A stretch of 64,000 nt of DNA from Azolla caroliniana. Its lineage: Eukaryota; Plantae; Polypodiophyta. Position 1 is the first letter of the stretch. The number at the start of each line of letters is the position of its first letter. The notes under the pieces were generated by a model, which ran no database searches, was not told the origin of the DNA, and saw only the letters and a program-made list of their open reading frames with translations. Position numbers and translations under genes: made by a program. Positions 23,449-36,598 of this stretch are shown here, piece after piece. Location: positions 19,530,001 through 19,594,000 of the forward strand of contig JBHGNT010000009.1 of the NCBI GenBank assembly GCA_043228905.1, in the 5' to 3' direction.

Positions 23449-26400
23449 TGTCATGATATGGTAAGACTCGAACCCATGACCTTATGCTACATGGGTCGAG
23501 CTCTTAGCATTAGACTATGAATTGTAATTTGTAAGATATTATTTTCATTTATACTTTATCATAGAAAATTGATGTATATTCCAGATCTCTCTAGAACATT
23601 CTAGAAGCTTCAAGATTATTCCTAAAAACATTATAAAAGAGGCACAAGGCATTGTTTTGAACCAAATTGGTTCAACGCCAGTCTTAAGCCTCTTAGCCAC
23701 TTTGTACTTATCTTTCACATAATATATTAGCTGTTGTCATCATCTTTCTCTCTCTCTCATTCTCACTATCTCTCTCTCTCTCTACTCAAGAACTTTCTTA
23801 GCTTAAGCTATTTTCTTTTATTTTAGTTTTGATGATTGGATAAACGCTCATTTTTGTTGTAACCCAATTGTCTCATGGGCCAAATTTGGCCTTAGAAGAC
23901 GTTAATATATCTTTCTTTCTTTCTTTCTTTCTCTCCTCTTCTCTCTTTTTCTCTCGGGAATCTTACGCAGTCCCATCCTCTTAGTACTAATAGTACTTCT
24001 CTTCTCTAGTACTAATTCTCTCTCTGTTTAGTACTATTCCTAACAGTTTGAACCAATTTTCTTCCTCAAGTCTACTTGTCGTTTTCCCTCCTCCTCCTAT
24101 CCTTTTTCTATATTATGGCTACTGTTAACGCCCAAGAATATCAATCCGTTTTCTCTGAGCTACAGTGTCTAAAAGAAAAGTTTGTTGCCCTGGAACAAGA
24201 AAAGCAACGGTTGATAGGGGATCTGCAACAAATTACTTTAGGAAAACAACAAACGCAACAACAACATGGGGAGTTAGCGTTACGAGTACAACAACTCGAA
24301 GCATCGTTGCAACAACAAGGATCAAGTCCCCAAGGATTTCATAAAGAGCCCAAGATTGGACTTCCTGTGAAATTTGATGGAGCGCGATCGCAATTCCGGG
24401 GATTCCTTAATCAAGTACGCTTAGTCATCCAGATGCATCCTTCCCAATATCCCACTGATGCATCTCGAGTCGGCCTAATAGGCACGTTACTTAGCGGCTC
24501 AACCTTGGCATGGTTCGCTCCGCTTCTAGAAAAACAATCACCCTTGCTTAATAACTTTGAAGATTTTATTAGTGAGTTTAAAGCTTGCTTTGGAGATATC
24601 GACAACATGAGGACGGCGATCAACAAAATCTGAAGATTGTGTCAAGGCGATCGTCCAGCCTCTGCCTACGCGGCGAATTTCCGTCTACTCGCCTCAGATA
24701 TCCCTTGGGATGATCAGGCCCTCGTGGAGAAGTTTTGCTAAGGCTTGCGCAATGATGTCAAAGACTTGCTTTTAACCTTCCCCAAAGAAACAAAGTCTCT
24801 TACGGAGGCAATCAGTCGAGCGGTCTGATGCGACAACCGCCTTTTCGAACAGCGTTCGGAACGTCAGTTACAACTACCACGCTCTCGGCCAGAACCCACA
24901 TACGCTTCAGTCACGGCTAAACCGTTTGCACGCGACGTACCTCAAGCCAATATTCTGACACCGATGGAGATCGACACCATGCGTCGACGCGGCCCATTAT
25001 CGGAAGAAGAAAAGCAACGACGACGTGCCAATCGATTATGTCTTTATTGCGGTGGACCAGGGCATATCGCCATCAATTGTCCCCATAGGCCAAGAAGACA
25101 GGTAAATCAAATCGTCGCTTGTACTAAACCCGAGTCAATTCTTCCCTTCGGAGTGTCTGATAGTATTAATAGTACGAATAGAGTGTCCGATAGTATTCAC
25201 AGTACTAATAGCCCAAGTATCTCAAACAAATTTGAAATCCTTAGTTAATTAGATGAAGAGTTAAACGATTGAGTCCAGCCAAAATAGGAGCCATTTGGTT
25301 GGACAGCAGCCCTAGATCTCTACAACCCATTAGTGGTTCCATTCCTTCCAAACAAGTTAGCAAAGTGTTCCTAGCCCAAGTCATTGTTAGTACTAAAAGT
25401 ACTCCCCCAGTACCCATCCTAACACTTTTAGATTCCGGAGCTAATTCCTGTTTCATGGATCGAAATTTTGCCCAAGCTTCTCAGATATCCTTAAGAAAAC
25501 TTCCTTGTCCTGGATCTGTAGTAGTCATTGATGGTCGTCCCATTGCTTCCGGGAATATTGTAGAAGAATCAGAACCCATTCAAGTTGTCCTAGGTAGTTT
25601 TGTGTGTGTAGTATCATTTAATATAATTAGTAATCCAGAGCATCCCATTGTCCTAGGATTACCTTGGTTTGAATTACATAATCCAGCCATAGATTGGAGA
25701 ACAAGAGAAGTCTGATATCGACAACCCCAAGAATCTACTCACCGAGTTTCGACCATTTCACTCCATCAATTACACGATGAAGGACACAAGGAGGCAATGT
25801 TCCTATTTGCAATATCAGTACATCATTCCAGCACTATTCAGAAGGAATCCTCAGCACAACTTCTGGCAAAATATCATCCTTATGCCGATGTATTTGCAAG
25901 GTAAAAGTCGGTACCCTTCCTCATCACCGTCCCTATGACTGTCCCATCGATTTACAACCAGGAACCGAGCCACCATGGGGACCAATTTACAACTTGTCAC
26001 CCACCAAGTTAGAAGTCCTTCGAGCCTACATAGAGGAGAACTTGGCAAGCGGGTGCATCCGTCATTCGAAATCTCTGGCCGGTGCACCCATCTTCTTTGT
26101 CAAGAAGAAAGATGGCTCACTTCGTCTCGTCGTTGATTACCGCAGATTGAATAAGGTCACAATCTGGAATAGGTATGCACTTCCTCTTATATCCAGTCTT
26201 TTAGAGCGAGTTAATGGTGCCAAGTTTTTTTACCAAAATCGATCTACGAGGAGCGTATAACCTCGTGCGGATCCGACCGGGAGATGAATGGAAGACCACC
26301 TTTCGCACGCGGTATGGACATTTCGAGTATACTGTTATGCCGTTCGGCCTAACCAATGCACCCGCAGTCTTCCAACACATGGCAAATGATATATTAAGAG

Positions 26401-29293
26401 ACCTCTTGGATATCTGTTTGATCATCTATCTGGATGATGTATTGATTTATTCGAAGACCCAAGAAGAGCACGATTCTCATGTACTATTAGTACTAAAGCG
26501 AGTCCGCGAGAATGGTCTTTATGCCAGGCTAGAAAAATGTAGCTTTGACTGCAAGCAAGTGGAATTTCTAGGCTACGTCATCTCCTCAAAGGGCATCGCC
26601 ATGGATCTAGCTAAAGTCCAAACTGTACTAGAGTGGCAAATTCCACAGTCGGTAGGAGATGTACAATGTTTTCTAGGTTTTGCTAACTTCTACTGTAAGT
26701 TTATACATGATTACTCAAAGATTATTTTACCTCTCACACAACTTACGAAGAAAGGACAAGCAGTTCTTTGGTCCAATGAAGCAGATATGGATTTTCGGCA
26801 TCTTAGGAAAGCCTTTACATCAGCATTGATTCTAGCTCATGTGGATACAAGCAAACCATTCATCATGGAGGCTGACGCAACAGATTTCGCCCTCGATAGC
26901 ATCCTTTCTCAACAAAGAGATAAAGAAGAGTTACATCCTGTGGATTTCCATTCGCGCAAATTCGATGTCATGGAAATCAACTACGAAATACATGACAAGG
27001 AGTTATTAGCCATCGTGGATTCATTTGTGCAATGGCGGCATTTCTTAGAGGGCTCTCCACATCAAGTCATTGTCTTTAGTGATCATAAAAATCTTACTTA
27101 TTTCCAGAACGCTCGCGTACTAAATCGACGGCAAGCTCGGTGGGCTTAATTCCTCAAGCGTTTTGACTTCAAAATCACATATCGACCGGGGAAGCAGCAA
27201 GGAAAAGCAGATGCACTATCACGGCGTTCATATCTTGCACCTCATCCTGGTGATCCAGCATTTGATAATCAAAAGCAAGTAATCTTGGGACCAGCACGAT
27301 TGCACACAACGCGGATTTTTCACACCCCGATGGATTCACGGATTACCGATGACATACGTGCAAACTTGAAGACGGATAGTTTTGCTCAAGACATCCTGAC
27401 GCACATTGATACTTCTCGGGCATCCTGTTCTCAGTCTCAACAACTAGGTATTGACTACCGACAATTCGAATATCATGATGGTTTGTTATTCTTTAAAAAG
27501 CGCGTATATGTCCCTGATTGCTCTTGTCGCCTTCAAATCGTCCAGAATTGTCCCGACACCCATATAGCGGGACATTTCGGTAGTACTAAGACGTTGGATC
27601 TAGTGCAGCGATGTTTTTGGTGGCCCCACATGCGCCGTTTTGTCGACGACTACGTTCGGACCTGTGATGCTTACTGTCGAGCAAAGATGCCACGACACCA
27701 TCCATATGGCTTGTTGGAACCCTTACCGATTCCAAGTCCGTGGCAATCTATTTGTCTTGATTTTATCACCGATCTCCCGGTCTCGAACGGGTTCGATGCT
27801 ATCTTAACCGTCGTCGACTGATATACGAAGATGGCACATTTTGTGTCGTGTACTAAGGCCATCACTAGCGAGGAAACCGCCGCCCTCATCATGCGTGAGG
27901 TATTTCGGCATCACGGCCTCCCAGACAGTATCATCAGTGACCGGGAACCTCAATTCGTCTCCAAATTTTGGCAACGTCTCTTAAAGATGCTCAAGGTCTC
28001 TTGCAACCTCTCCTCCGGCTACCATCCCCAAACCGATGGGCAGGCGGAATGAACAAACCAAACACTAGAACAATATCTCCGGTGTTTCCTGAGTTATCAA
28101 CAGGACGATTGGGCTGAGATTCTCCACTTTGCGGAGTTTGTGTATAATAATGTTATTCACTCCTCGACTCGGATCTCCCCATTTTTCTCTTATACCGGTT
28201 TTCATCTTCATTGGTCGGTGATCGACACCCCGGAGCTACCTACCAACCCTCGTGCCGAGGATCATTTGGAGAGGCTACGCAAGATCCAGATGGATCTCTC
28301 TACTCACCTTCGTCATGCTCAACACACAGAGAAGACTTACGCGGATCGTCATTGGATTCCCTACTCTTTTGCCATCGGAGATCGAGTATGGCTCTTACGT
28401 CGTCACATCAAGACTACTCGACCGTGCAACAAGTTGGATTATCGACGACTCGGTCCTTTCCGTATTACGGGTAAGGTTAATGATGTCACATTCCGCCTTG
28501 ATCTCCCTCCGCAACTTCAGATACATCCAGTTTTCCATTGTTCTCTTCTTGAACCTTTTAAAGCAAACACCATTCCCGATGGTGTTACACCACCGTCGCC
28601 CCCGCTGGAGTTGGACGTCGGCCCTGAGTATGAAGTTGTTGCCATCCTCGATTCCAAACTTGTTCACAACAAACTTTATTATTTGGTCGATTGGCTCAGT
28701 TATAGTCCGAGCGAACGTACTTGGGAACTTGTCGAGCATGTTGCCAATGCTCAAGATCTTCTTGTTGATTTCCACCGAAAGTATCCAGACAAACCCGGTC
28801 CGCAATCAGCGCCGACTCGTTCCACTCGTCATCTTTAAGGGGGAGATAGTGTCATGATATAGCAAGACTCGAACCCATGACCTTATGCTACATGGGTCGA
28901 GCTCTTACCATTAGACTATGAATTGTAATTTGTAGAATATTATTTTCATTTATACTTTATCATAGAAAATTGATGTATATTCCAAATCTCTCTAGAACAT
29001 TCTAGAAGCTTCAGGATTATTCCTAAAAACATTATAAAAGAGGCACAAGGCATTGTTTTGAACCAAATTGGTTCAACGCCAGTCTTAAGCCTCTTAGCCA
29101 CTTTGTACTTATCTTTCACATAATATATTAGTTGTTGTCATCATCTCTCTCTCTCTCTCATTCTCGTTATCTCTCTCTCTCTCCTCTTCTCTCTTCCTCT
29201 CTCGGGAATTTTACGTAGTCCCGTCCTCTTAGTACTAATAGTACTTCTCTTCTCTAGTACTAATTCTCTCTCTGTTTAGTACTATTCCTAACA
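23449..29293 (+). mobile_element. Chromovirus (Tcn1/Tf1-sushi-like Ty3/Gypsy), full length but decayed
   Basis: LTRs 23449-24045 and 28850-29293 (TG..CA), TSD GTGAC, PPT AAGGGGGAGA, C-terminal chromodomain. Confidence 0.93.
24115..28838 (+). pseudogene. Chromovirus gag-pol (PEG10-like Gag, PR, RT, RH, INT, chromodomain) with multiple stops and frameshifts
   Basis: PVKFDGARSQFRGF, CLYCGGPGHIAINC, LLDSGA, MPFGLTNAP, YLDD, YEIHDKELLAI, YHPQTDGQAE, EYEVVAILDSK..YYLVDW. Confidence 0.92.
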
Positions 29294-29424
29294 GTGACTC
29301 TTGACCTTTGAGTAATCATGGATTCTCAAAAGGTGTGTTCACGCATTGCACTATGTTGAGCTTGATTCTCAACAAATGTGTCGAAGAAGTTGCCATTAGG
29401 AATGTTGTCATTATGCTTTTGCAT

Positions 29425-32400
29425 CTGGGCATATCCCTTTGCAACAAGTCTTGGTTTATGTCTACTAACATTTCCATTTGAATCATGCTTTGTTTTGTAG
29501 ACCCATTTGCAACCTACAACATTTTTTCCTTTTGGTAACTTTACCAAATCCCATGTTCTGTTTTCAGCCAATGCATCTATTTCTTCTTGCATTGCATTCA
29601 CCCATTTCTTATCAGATTTTGCTTCATCAAAATTATTTGGATCAGGGATTTGTACCACTTTAGGCATGTATGCATAATGCATAGCCATATATGTGTCATA
29701 ACCAAATCTTTCAACAATCTTTTTCTCTCTATCTTATCTTCTCAGTTTCTTATTTGCATCTTTCATTGTTTTTTCCATACGAGGGATTTTCAAGGCTCGT
29801 ATACCAAGCTCATCATTCAATGATGTATTTGAATCTACATCTTCCATGTTTCTAGACCCATCATCAAGCATTTCATATTCTGGCATCTTCTATTTTCCCT
29901 TTTTATCATCATATTTTTTGGTTCTTGCATTTTTTCCACTCCATGCATTAGATTCAGATTTACTACATGAGCTTCCAAATGGTCAAGTACATTCTATTTA
30001 TGTGGAACTTTGCTATCCAACATTGTTTCCATTTCCTTGGGAATCTCTTCCATTTTTAGATTTTTCTCTATCTTCATTTTCACAGTCTTCATCAATTTCT
30101 ACATTTCCTTTTGGGTTGTACCAGCTGCCCAACTCATCAAATATTGATAGGAACTGCACGCTCCCTATGCACAATGCTCGGCCACAACCAAGCTTAGAAT
30201 CATACACAAAAAACGGGAAATGAAACACACGACACAAAGGCGAGAAGAGTACATAGGATGTTTAACGTGGAAAACCCTGAGAGGGAAAAACCACGGGAGT
30301 CCACAGACTCCAAACTATCAGTATATAAGAATGTACGATGGTGGAGCACCAAGGCAACGACCTCGAGCTTGCTATCTTCGCCATAGTTGGCGGTTACAAC
30401 AGAGATACGAAACCTTCGTCTCTTTCTCTCTCTCTCTCTCTCTGTACACTGTTACGCGCTCTCTCTTCTTGGACCAACAAGAATGACAACCACACTCAAT
30501 AAGTTTTCCCTAAGTCATATTTATACTAATATGACTTTTTGGCTATTTACAAATATAGCCTCGATGGACTCTCAGAAACATATTTACAAATATGTCTCTT
30601 CATCCGGTGAGCACTCCTCACCGGGCCTGCATCATCCGGCGCTTGCCGGGTACTTGCCATCCAATTCTCACCGGGTCTTCCGTTTCCGAGTACTCCTCAT
30701 CCGGTTCTCACCGGGTTTGCACCATCCAGCTCTCCGTAGCCGGGTTCTCCTCATCCGGTTCTCACCGGGTCTACACCATCTGGCTCTCCGTAGCCGGGTT
30801 CTCCTCATCCGGTTCTCACCGGGTCTGCACCATCCGGCTCTCCGTAGCCGGGTTCTCCTCATCCGGTTCTCATCGGGTCTACACCATCCAGCTCTCCGTA
30901 GCCGAGTTCTCCTCATCCGGTTCTCACCGGGTTTGCACCATCCGGCTCTCTGTAGCCGGGTACTCGTCATCCAGTTTCGGCCTCGGTCGAGTTTGCTCAT
31001 CAGCACTGTTCTTTTCCCTTCCCATCCGGAGGGACCTTTCTCCCAACAAATATTACATCATGGTTTACCACAATCTTTTTTGTTAATGGGTTATAACGTC
31101 TATACCCTTTTTGCTCCTTCGAATATCCAACAAGAACACATTTTTCAGCTTTTGGATCAAGCTTACTTCTTACTTCAGCAGGTACATGGACATAGGCAAG
31201 GCATCCAAACACTTTTAAGTGTCCTAAACTAGGTTTCGTTCCATAGAAACATTCTTCAGGAGTTACTTCATGTACTCCAGATGTTATACATCTATTTAGA
31301 ATAAAGTTTGTTGTGTTTACAGCTTCTGCCCAGTAATACAATGGCATATTTTTTTTAGTCATCATGGCTCTTGCTATGTTCACCAGAGTTCTGTTTTTTC
31401 TCTTAGCAACTCCATTTTGCTGTGGAGTATATCTACATGTAAACTGTCTCCTTATTCCTTGATTACATAGAAAATCAAAAAATTCATCTAAGAAATATTC
31501 TCCTCCTCCATCAGATCTTAAACATTTTATTCTAATTCCAGCCTACTTTTCTACCATGCACTTAAACTTATGGAAGCAATCAAATACTTCAATTTTCTCT
31601 TTCATGAAATAAACCCATGTTTTCCTTTAGCAATCATCAATAAATGTTACATAAAACTTACATCCACTAATTGATGCATTTTTTGTTGGTCCCCATACAT
31701 TTGTATGTACCAAATCTAACAAATTTTTCCTTACATGTCTTTCATGAGGGAAAGGCAACCTGTTTTGCTTTCCATATTGACATGCTTCACATATTTTGCT
31801 CATCTCATCATCTTTCAACTCAGGCAATCTAGCCACTATATTTTTCCTTAGCATATTTTTAAAGGTTTGCATAATTATGTACCGATTCTTTTATGCCACA
31901 TTTCCGCATCTGAGATTACGCGCATTCCTTCTGCAAACATGGTTGTAATCTTTTTTGGCATATCCACATCTAACACAAACATTCTTCCTTGACATTTTCC
32001 TTTTGCAATAAGCTTTCCCCATTTCTCTTTAAAGCATCCACTTTGCTTAAACTTAACCTGCATTCCTTGCTCTACTATCTGTCCAACAGAAATCAGACTT
32101 TTTGCAAGGTTTGGAACATGCATCACATTCAACATATACTTTGTTTTTTGTTTTTCTTCCCACAATGGGATATCTCCAACATGCTCAATTGTATGAGTGG
32201 TGTTATCACCTGTTTGTACATAACCAAGAATCTCTGGTTCCCTTAAACTTTCAAACCAATTTGCATGTCCTTTCATATGATTAGATGCCCCAGAATCTAC
32301 ATACCACATAAAATATTCATTACATCTCTGTGAACATTCAGCCATTGTTGTTGTTTCATGTTGCATCACAAATGCACCATCTTTATCACAGTCTTCACTA

Positions 32401-33821
32401 GTTGAAGCATAATTATTTTGTTGTCTCTTCCCTCTTTTTTCATCATTTTGCTTTTTATAGCATTCAGCCTATGTATGGCCTGGTTTTCCACAATACCAAC
32501 AGCCATCATCATTCAAATAAGTTTGATTACCTCTACCTCGATTGCTCCCCCTACCTCTGATGTTGTTTCTTCCACTTACAGCCTGTTGTCTTCTTCCTCA
32601 GCCTCATCCAACACTAGTGTAGAGGGCTTTCCCCTTAGTCTCAGAGTTTCCTTTGTTTACATCATCCATCTGATTTCTTTCTTCCACTACAAGCATTGAA
32701 ACCAGATTTGGAAAACTTGGGATGTTATCCCTTGTGAGAATAGATGTTTTGAAGCTTTTATTTTGAGGTCCTAAGCCTCTTAAGCATATTTCCACCTTAT
32801 CATCATCTTCTACCTTCACATTAATAGAAGCAAGTGATTCATATATGCTCTTTATTTTCAGAGCATACTCATTCACTGACATCTTACCTTTTTCCAAGGT
32901 ATTTAGCTCAGTCTTCAACTGAAGCTTTCTAGCCTTTGTGTTCACTGCAAATAGTTTTACCAAACTGTCCCAAGCTTCTTTTGGAAGCATAGCATCTTGT
33001 ATGTGTCCAAGCATTGAATCCGAGATGCTAAGTGAGAACCAATGCAATACTTTCCTTGCCCCTTGATTCCAATCCTTAAATGCTTTAATCTGTGCAGCAG
33101 TTGCATTTTCCTTAGGGATCTTTAGAGCCTCTTCTAGGTCTCCTTCAATGTAGTCCCAATATCCTTTTCCCATCAATAAATTTTTCATTCTAAATTTCCA
33201 CGCAAGGAAATTGTTTTTATCTAGCTTTTTGTGACTATTTGGCTTCCATTCTCAACAGTCATTCTCTCTTTCAATTAGGGCTTTTGCTACGATTAACTTC
33301 ACAGACAACTCTCTACTTCTGATCAGCAACCATAACCAAACTTCTCATATCTGTACTGCTCTAATCTTCTTTACGAGAAACTCTGCTCTGATACCATGTT
33401 ACGAAGGCTCTCCAACTCTTCTTTATGCACAATGGATCGTGATGTGTTGGATCGTTTATTGTGCTCAAGATAGAAAGGAAGGGGAAGGAGACTTACCTCT
33501 CTGTAGCAAAACCAAAAGCTTCTATTTCATTACACGCAGAGCTCAACTCGCTCTCGTTAGTTTCCTATTTTTCTCCTCTCTCTCTCTCACTCTATTTTTT
33601 TCACTCACTCTCTTACTTTTTTACCTAAGTTATAAGTGACTTACATATGTAGCTAATTAGTTCTAACTAGCTAAATAGTTGTGCATGGCTAAATTAGTTG
33701 TAGATAGCTAAATAGTTGTTTCACCTTTATGTCCACTAGTAGCTAATTTCCTAATAGCTACTATAGGAGATCTCACTTACCAATATGCATCATATGCTTT
33801 TGTTGAGCTTGTTTCTCAACA
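29425..33821 (-). mobile_element. 3'-truncated, AT-rich decayed Copia (5' LTR 33397-33821, iMet PBS, gag, PR, INT, start of RT)
   Basis: PBS TGGTATCAGAGC 33396-33385; Gag 32604-33188; WYVDSGASNHM; LVHTNVWGP; [18 protein letters not shown], then the sequence breaks off. Confidence 0.87.
30145..31048 (-). mobile_element. Solo LTR (904 bp) related to the LTR of the first Copia, carrying 54-bp tandem repeats
   Basis: TG...CA, perfect TSD AATAT; shares tgctcggccacaacc, cgtggaaaaccct, ccacgggagtcc and cccatccggagggacc with 4341-5073. Confidence 0.9.
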
Positions 33822-34460
33822 CAAGGAACCAAGGAGACGGTTCACACGCAAAGAGAAGAGAAAGAAGAAGATGTCGGAGTACGACACTGGCAAATAAGAG
33901 TCGAAACGGAGCGAATCCAACTCTAGAAAGAATGAAGAAGAACCTTCAGGAACGAAGTCCGAGGCGGCCAAGAGGGCCCTGAAATCAACAAACGAGAAGT
34001 TGCGCCGATTCACTCGCCAGAAGAACCCCGTAAAACAGTATGGGTACAATGAGTACATGGCGCATCACTATGCGTACATGTCAACAGTGGCGGAAGTGCG
34101 TGAGCCGAAGAGCTATGCAGAAGCAACAAAGGACGCGCAATTGCGAGCCACTATGGAGGAAGAGATACGGGCACTCGATGCCAACAACACATGGGACCTA
34201 GTTGACCCTCCTCGACATTGCAAACCAATCAGCTGCAAGTGGGTGTACAAGGTAAAGTACAATGTTGACGGTTCGGTCAACCGGTACAAAGCTCGGTTAG
34301 TGGCCAAAGGGTATGCGCAAACCCACGGAATCGACTACGACGAGACCTTTGTTCCGGTAGTGAAGATGATGACAGTTCGTGTGGTACCGGCAGTTGCGGC
34401 ATAGGGGTGGCATCTTCACCAAATGGATGTGAAGATTGCGTTTCTTCAAGGTGGCATCTT
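33822..34460 (+). pseudogene. Copia RT N-terminal fragment
   Basis: [41 protein letters not shown]. Confidence 0.85.
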
Positions 34461-34859
34461 CACCAAATTCCACATGAAAATACCTTTAAGCTTCTTTATA
34501 TAGGCCTTCACCCCATGTCTATTATCAAACATGAAAGCATTACGCATATTCCAATTGTGTTGTAGACCCCAATAACGTAAAAATTGGAACAATATCTCCA
34601 TCTCATCATTTGAACCATTTTGAACATATTGAGAAAAAACCCATTGTTGAGGTCTCAAAACAACAACGGGTTAAAACGTGTCAAATGTCTGATAAGTACT
34701 CCCAAATGGTACACGTTATAGGATATTTAATGAACCTATGTATACCATTTGGATCATGTGCACACCCACACACAAAGCTTACTTATGTTGCATAGCACCA
34801 TCTACGCCTTTCTTTCCTAACAAGAATCATAAGTTAATCTTTGTACCGGATGTCTTACT

Positions 34860-36190
34860 CTTGTTTAACGTTGAAGTTTGCAATCCTAATCTTGTTCTTT
34901 ACTTCCATCTTCATTCAAACTTTCAACCCATAATCTTTCATCATCAACTTTTCCTTTTCCTTTGTTTGTACTTTCTATTGTGTCGTACGTGGAATTCTTC
35001 AACTTGCCAGTGCATGGACCTACTTCCTTTATTGATGTTGAAGGACTTGAAGTACATGGACCACTCAAGTTTGTAATCCCTTGTGACTTCTATTGAGCTT
35101 CCTTTTGTTTTGCATCAACAATTAATTCTTCTACCTGTAAAGCATTAGATCGCACATACCACGATGCCATTTCATCAAATATCACATCTCTACTTGTTAT
35201 GAACTCTTTGGTTATTGGATTATAAAAATGATAACCCTTTTGTTCCAATGAGTAACCAATAAGATACACTTTTCATATTTGGCATCCAATTTTGATCTTA
35301 ACTCACTAGGCACATGTACATAACAAATGCATCCAAATATTCTTTGATTTGATAAATTTGGTTTCTTACCACTCCAAATTTATTCAGGAGTCAATACATG
35401 TATTACTGTAGTTGGACATGTGTTTATTAAATACACAATAGTAGATAATGCAATATCCCAAAATAAATGTGGCATCCTCTTTTCATTGAGCATTGATCGT
35501 GCTACTTCAGCAATCACTCTATTTTTTTCTTTCCACGACACTATTATGTTGAGGTGTATATTTACATATAAATTGCCGTATAATCCGATTCTCAATGAAA
35601 AAATTAGAAAACTCATTGGAGAAATACTCTCCCCCTCCTTGTCATTTTTATTTGGATATTCACCTCGTTTTCAACTTGACTTCTAAATATATTAAAATAA
35701 TAAAACACATTCGACTTATTCTTCATGAAGTAGACCGATGTCGTCCTTCAGTAATCATCAATAAAACTTACATAATAACGATTACCTCCATGCGATGTTT
35801 CTCTTGTTGATCCCCACACATCTAAATGAACCAATTGCAACACATGCTCATATATTTGTCTATTTCAAAAGGCCATCGAGCTTGTTTGACAAGTTGACAA
35901 GCCTCACACACATAATGCAAACTCTTATCTTTAAATGTAGGAAACCATAAACACTTTCATTAGCTTGCATGCTTTTCAACTTTTGGAAATTTACATGGCC
36001 TATCATGTTTGACAAGCCTCACACACATAATGCAAACTCTTATCTTTAAATGTAGGAAACCATAAACACTTTCATTAGCTTGCATGCTTTTCAACTTTTG
36101 GAAATTTACATGGCCTATCATGTTATGCTACAAATCTACCTTATCCTTATTATGGGTGAAATACATTTTGTGAGTATCAACATTATTTAT
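34860..36190 (-). pseudogene. Highly decayed Copia integrase-region fragment, with a ~115-bp tandem duplication at ~35885-36122
   Basis: KNRVIAEVARSMLNEKRMP; CILIGYSLEQKGY-like; VHLDVWG-like. Confidence 0.7.
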
Positions 36191-36191
36191 A

Positions 36192-36495
36192 CTGCATTAT
36201 GACATATGATGGATGAATGGATGATACATATATATGTGTACATAATCCTGCATTATAATTTATGACATATGATGGATGAATGGATGATACATACATATGT
36301 ACATAATCCTGCATTATAATTTATGACATATGATGGATGAATGGATGATACATACATATGTACATAATCCTGCATTATAATTTATGACATATGATGGATG
36401 AATGGATGATACATACATATGTACATAATCCTGCATTATAATTTATGACATATGATGGATGAATGGATGATACATACATACATACATACATAATA
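36192..36495. repeat. 61-bp minisatellite, ~4.5 copies
   Basis: Unit cctgcattataatttatgacatatgatggatgaatggatgatacatacatatgtacataat, near-identical copies. Confidence 0.92.
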
Positions 36496-36598
36496 TCATC
36501 TGCTCTGTTTCTGTTTTGTTGTGCTCTGTTTCTGCTCTGTTTCTGTTTCTGTTTCTGTTTCTGTTTTCTGTTTTCTGTTTCTGGATCGAGGCCTTTTC

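Larger units (their letters stand above)
11324..29374 (-). mobile_element. Decayed Copia element hosting two nested Gypsy insertions
   Basis: 3' LTR 11324-11569 (internally deleted); 5' LTR 23107-23448 + 29299-29374; PBS TGGTACCAGAGC 23106-23095; PPT at ~11570-11580; near-TSD AATTT/AATGT. Confidence 0.88.

Noticed and set aside
30387-31232. 281-aa repeat-protein ORF
   Set aside because: Artefact of the 54-bp (multiple of 3) stop-free LTR repeat.
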